A stretch of DNA of 64,000 bases from Hydrolagus colliei (Eukaryota), in contig CM068755.1 of NCBI GenBank assembly GCA_035084275.1, positions 14,074,001-14,138,000 on the forward strand. The letters run 5' to 3'. Below, one piece after another: positions 63,818 to 64,000 of this stretch. Each line of letters starts with the position of its first letter. Positions within the stretch are counted from its first letter, which is position 1. The notes under the pieces are model-generated. The model saw only the letters and a program-made list of their open reading frames with translations, ran no database searches and was not told the origin of the DNA. The position numbers and the translations under genes are program-made.

Positions 63818-64000
63818 GTCAGTTGCACACCAGATACACTCCAGACTGCTTCTCAACATGTTTTTCGTGGTATATCGCCGTTTGTTATCCTTGTGTTATT
63901 TGTCTGGCTTTGTCTAGAAAGTGTCAGGCTTCCACTCTCTCAGTTCCCCACCAAAGTACTGTAGTTTGAAACGCATATCCTTGAGAGTTTTGCCTTCTAT

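Overview
Vertebrate genomic DNA, AT-rich with one 156-nt N gap. It lies entirely inside a + strand class I bHLH E-protein gene that I recognise as TCF12 (HEB). I traced 15 internal coding exons (human-equivalent exons ~5-19) with compatible phases, from GFTDSPHY to the bHLH exon. The HEBAlt alternative first exon (MYCAYTVPGMGGNSLMYYYNRKT) is also present, and the 72-nt cassette exon is among the 15. The 5' exons and the last exons fall outside the window. The repeat content (tRNA-derived SINE with L2-type tail, shark-type CR1 tails, Penelope palindromes, LF-SINE/AmnSINE-like relics) and the compact introns suggest a cartilaginous fish, possibly a chimaera such as Callorhinchus (inference). Almost all ORFs in the supplied track are spurious. 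The most notable observations are a candidate extra first exon (MDLQSSKVKSCIHSLY), an inverted SINE pair hugging exons 6-8 (circRNA geometry), a GC-AG intron, the 72-nt exon resembling a tandem duplicate of the AD2 helix, and a uORF stop-start arrangement ahead of HEBAlt. Exon numbers and repeat family names come from my recollection of homologues, not from database searches.
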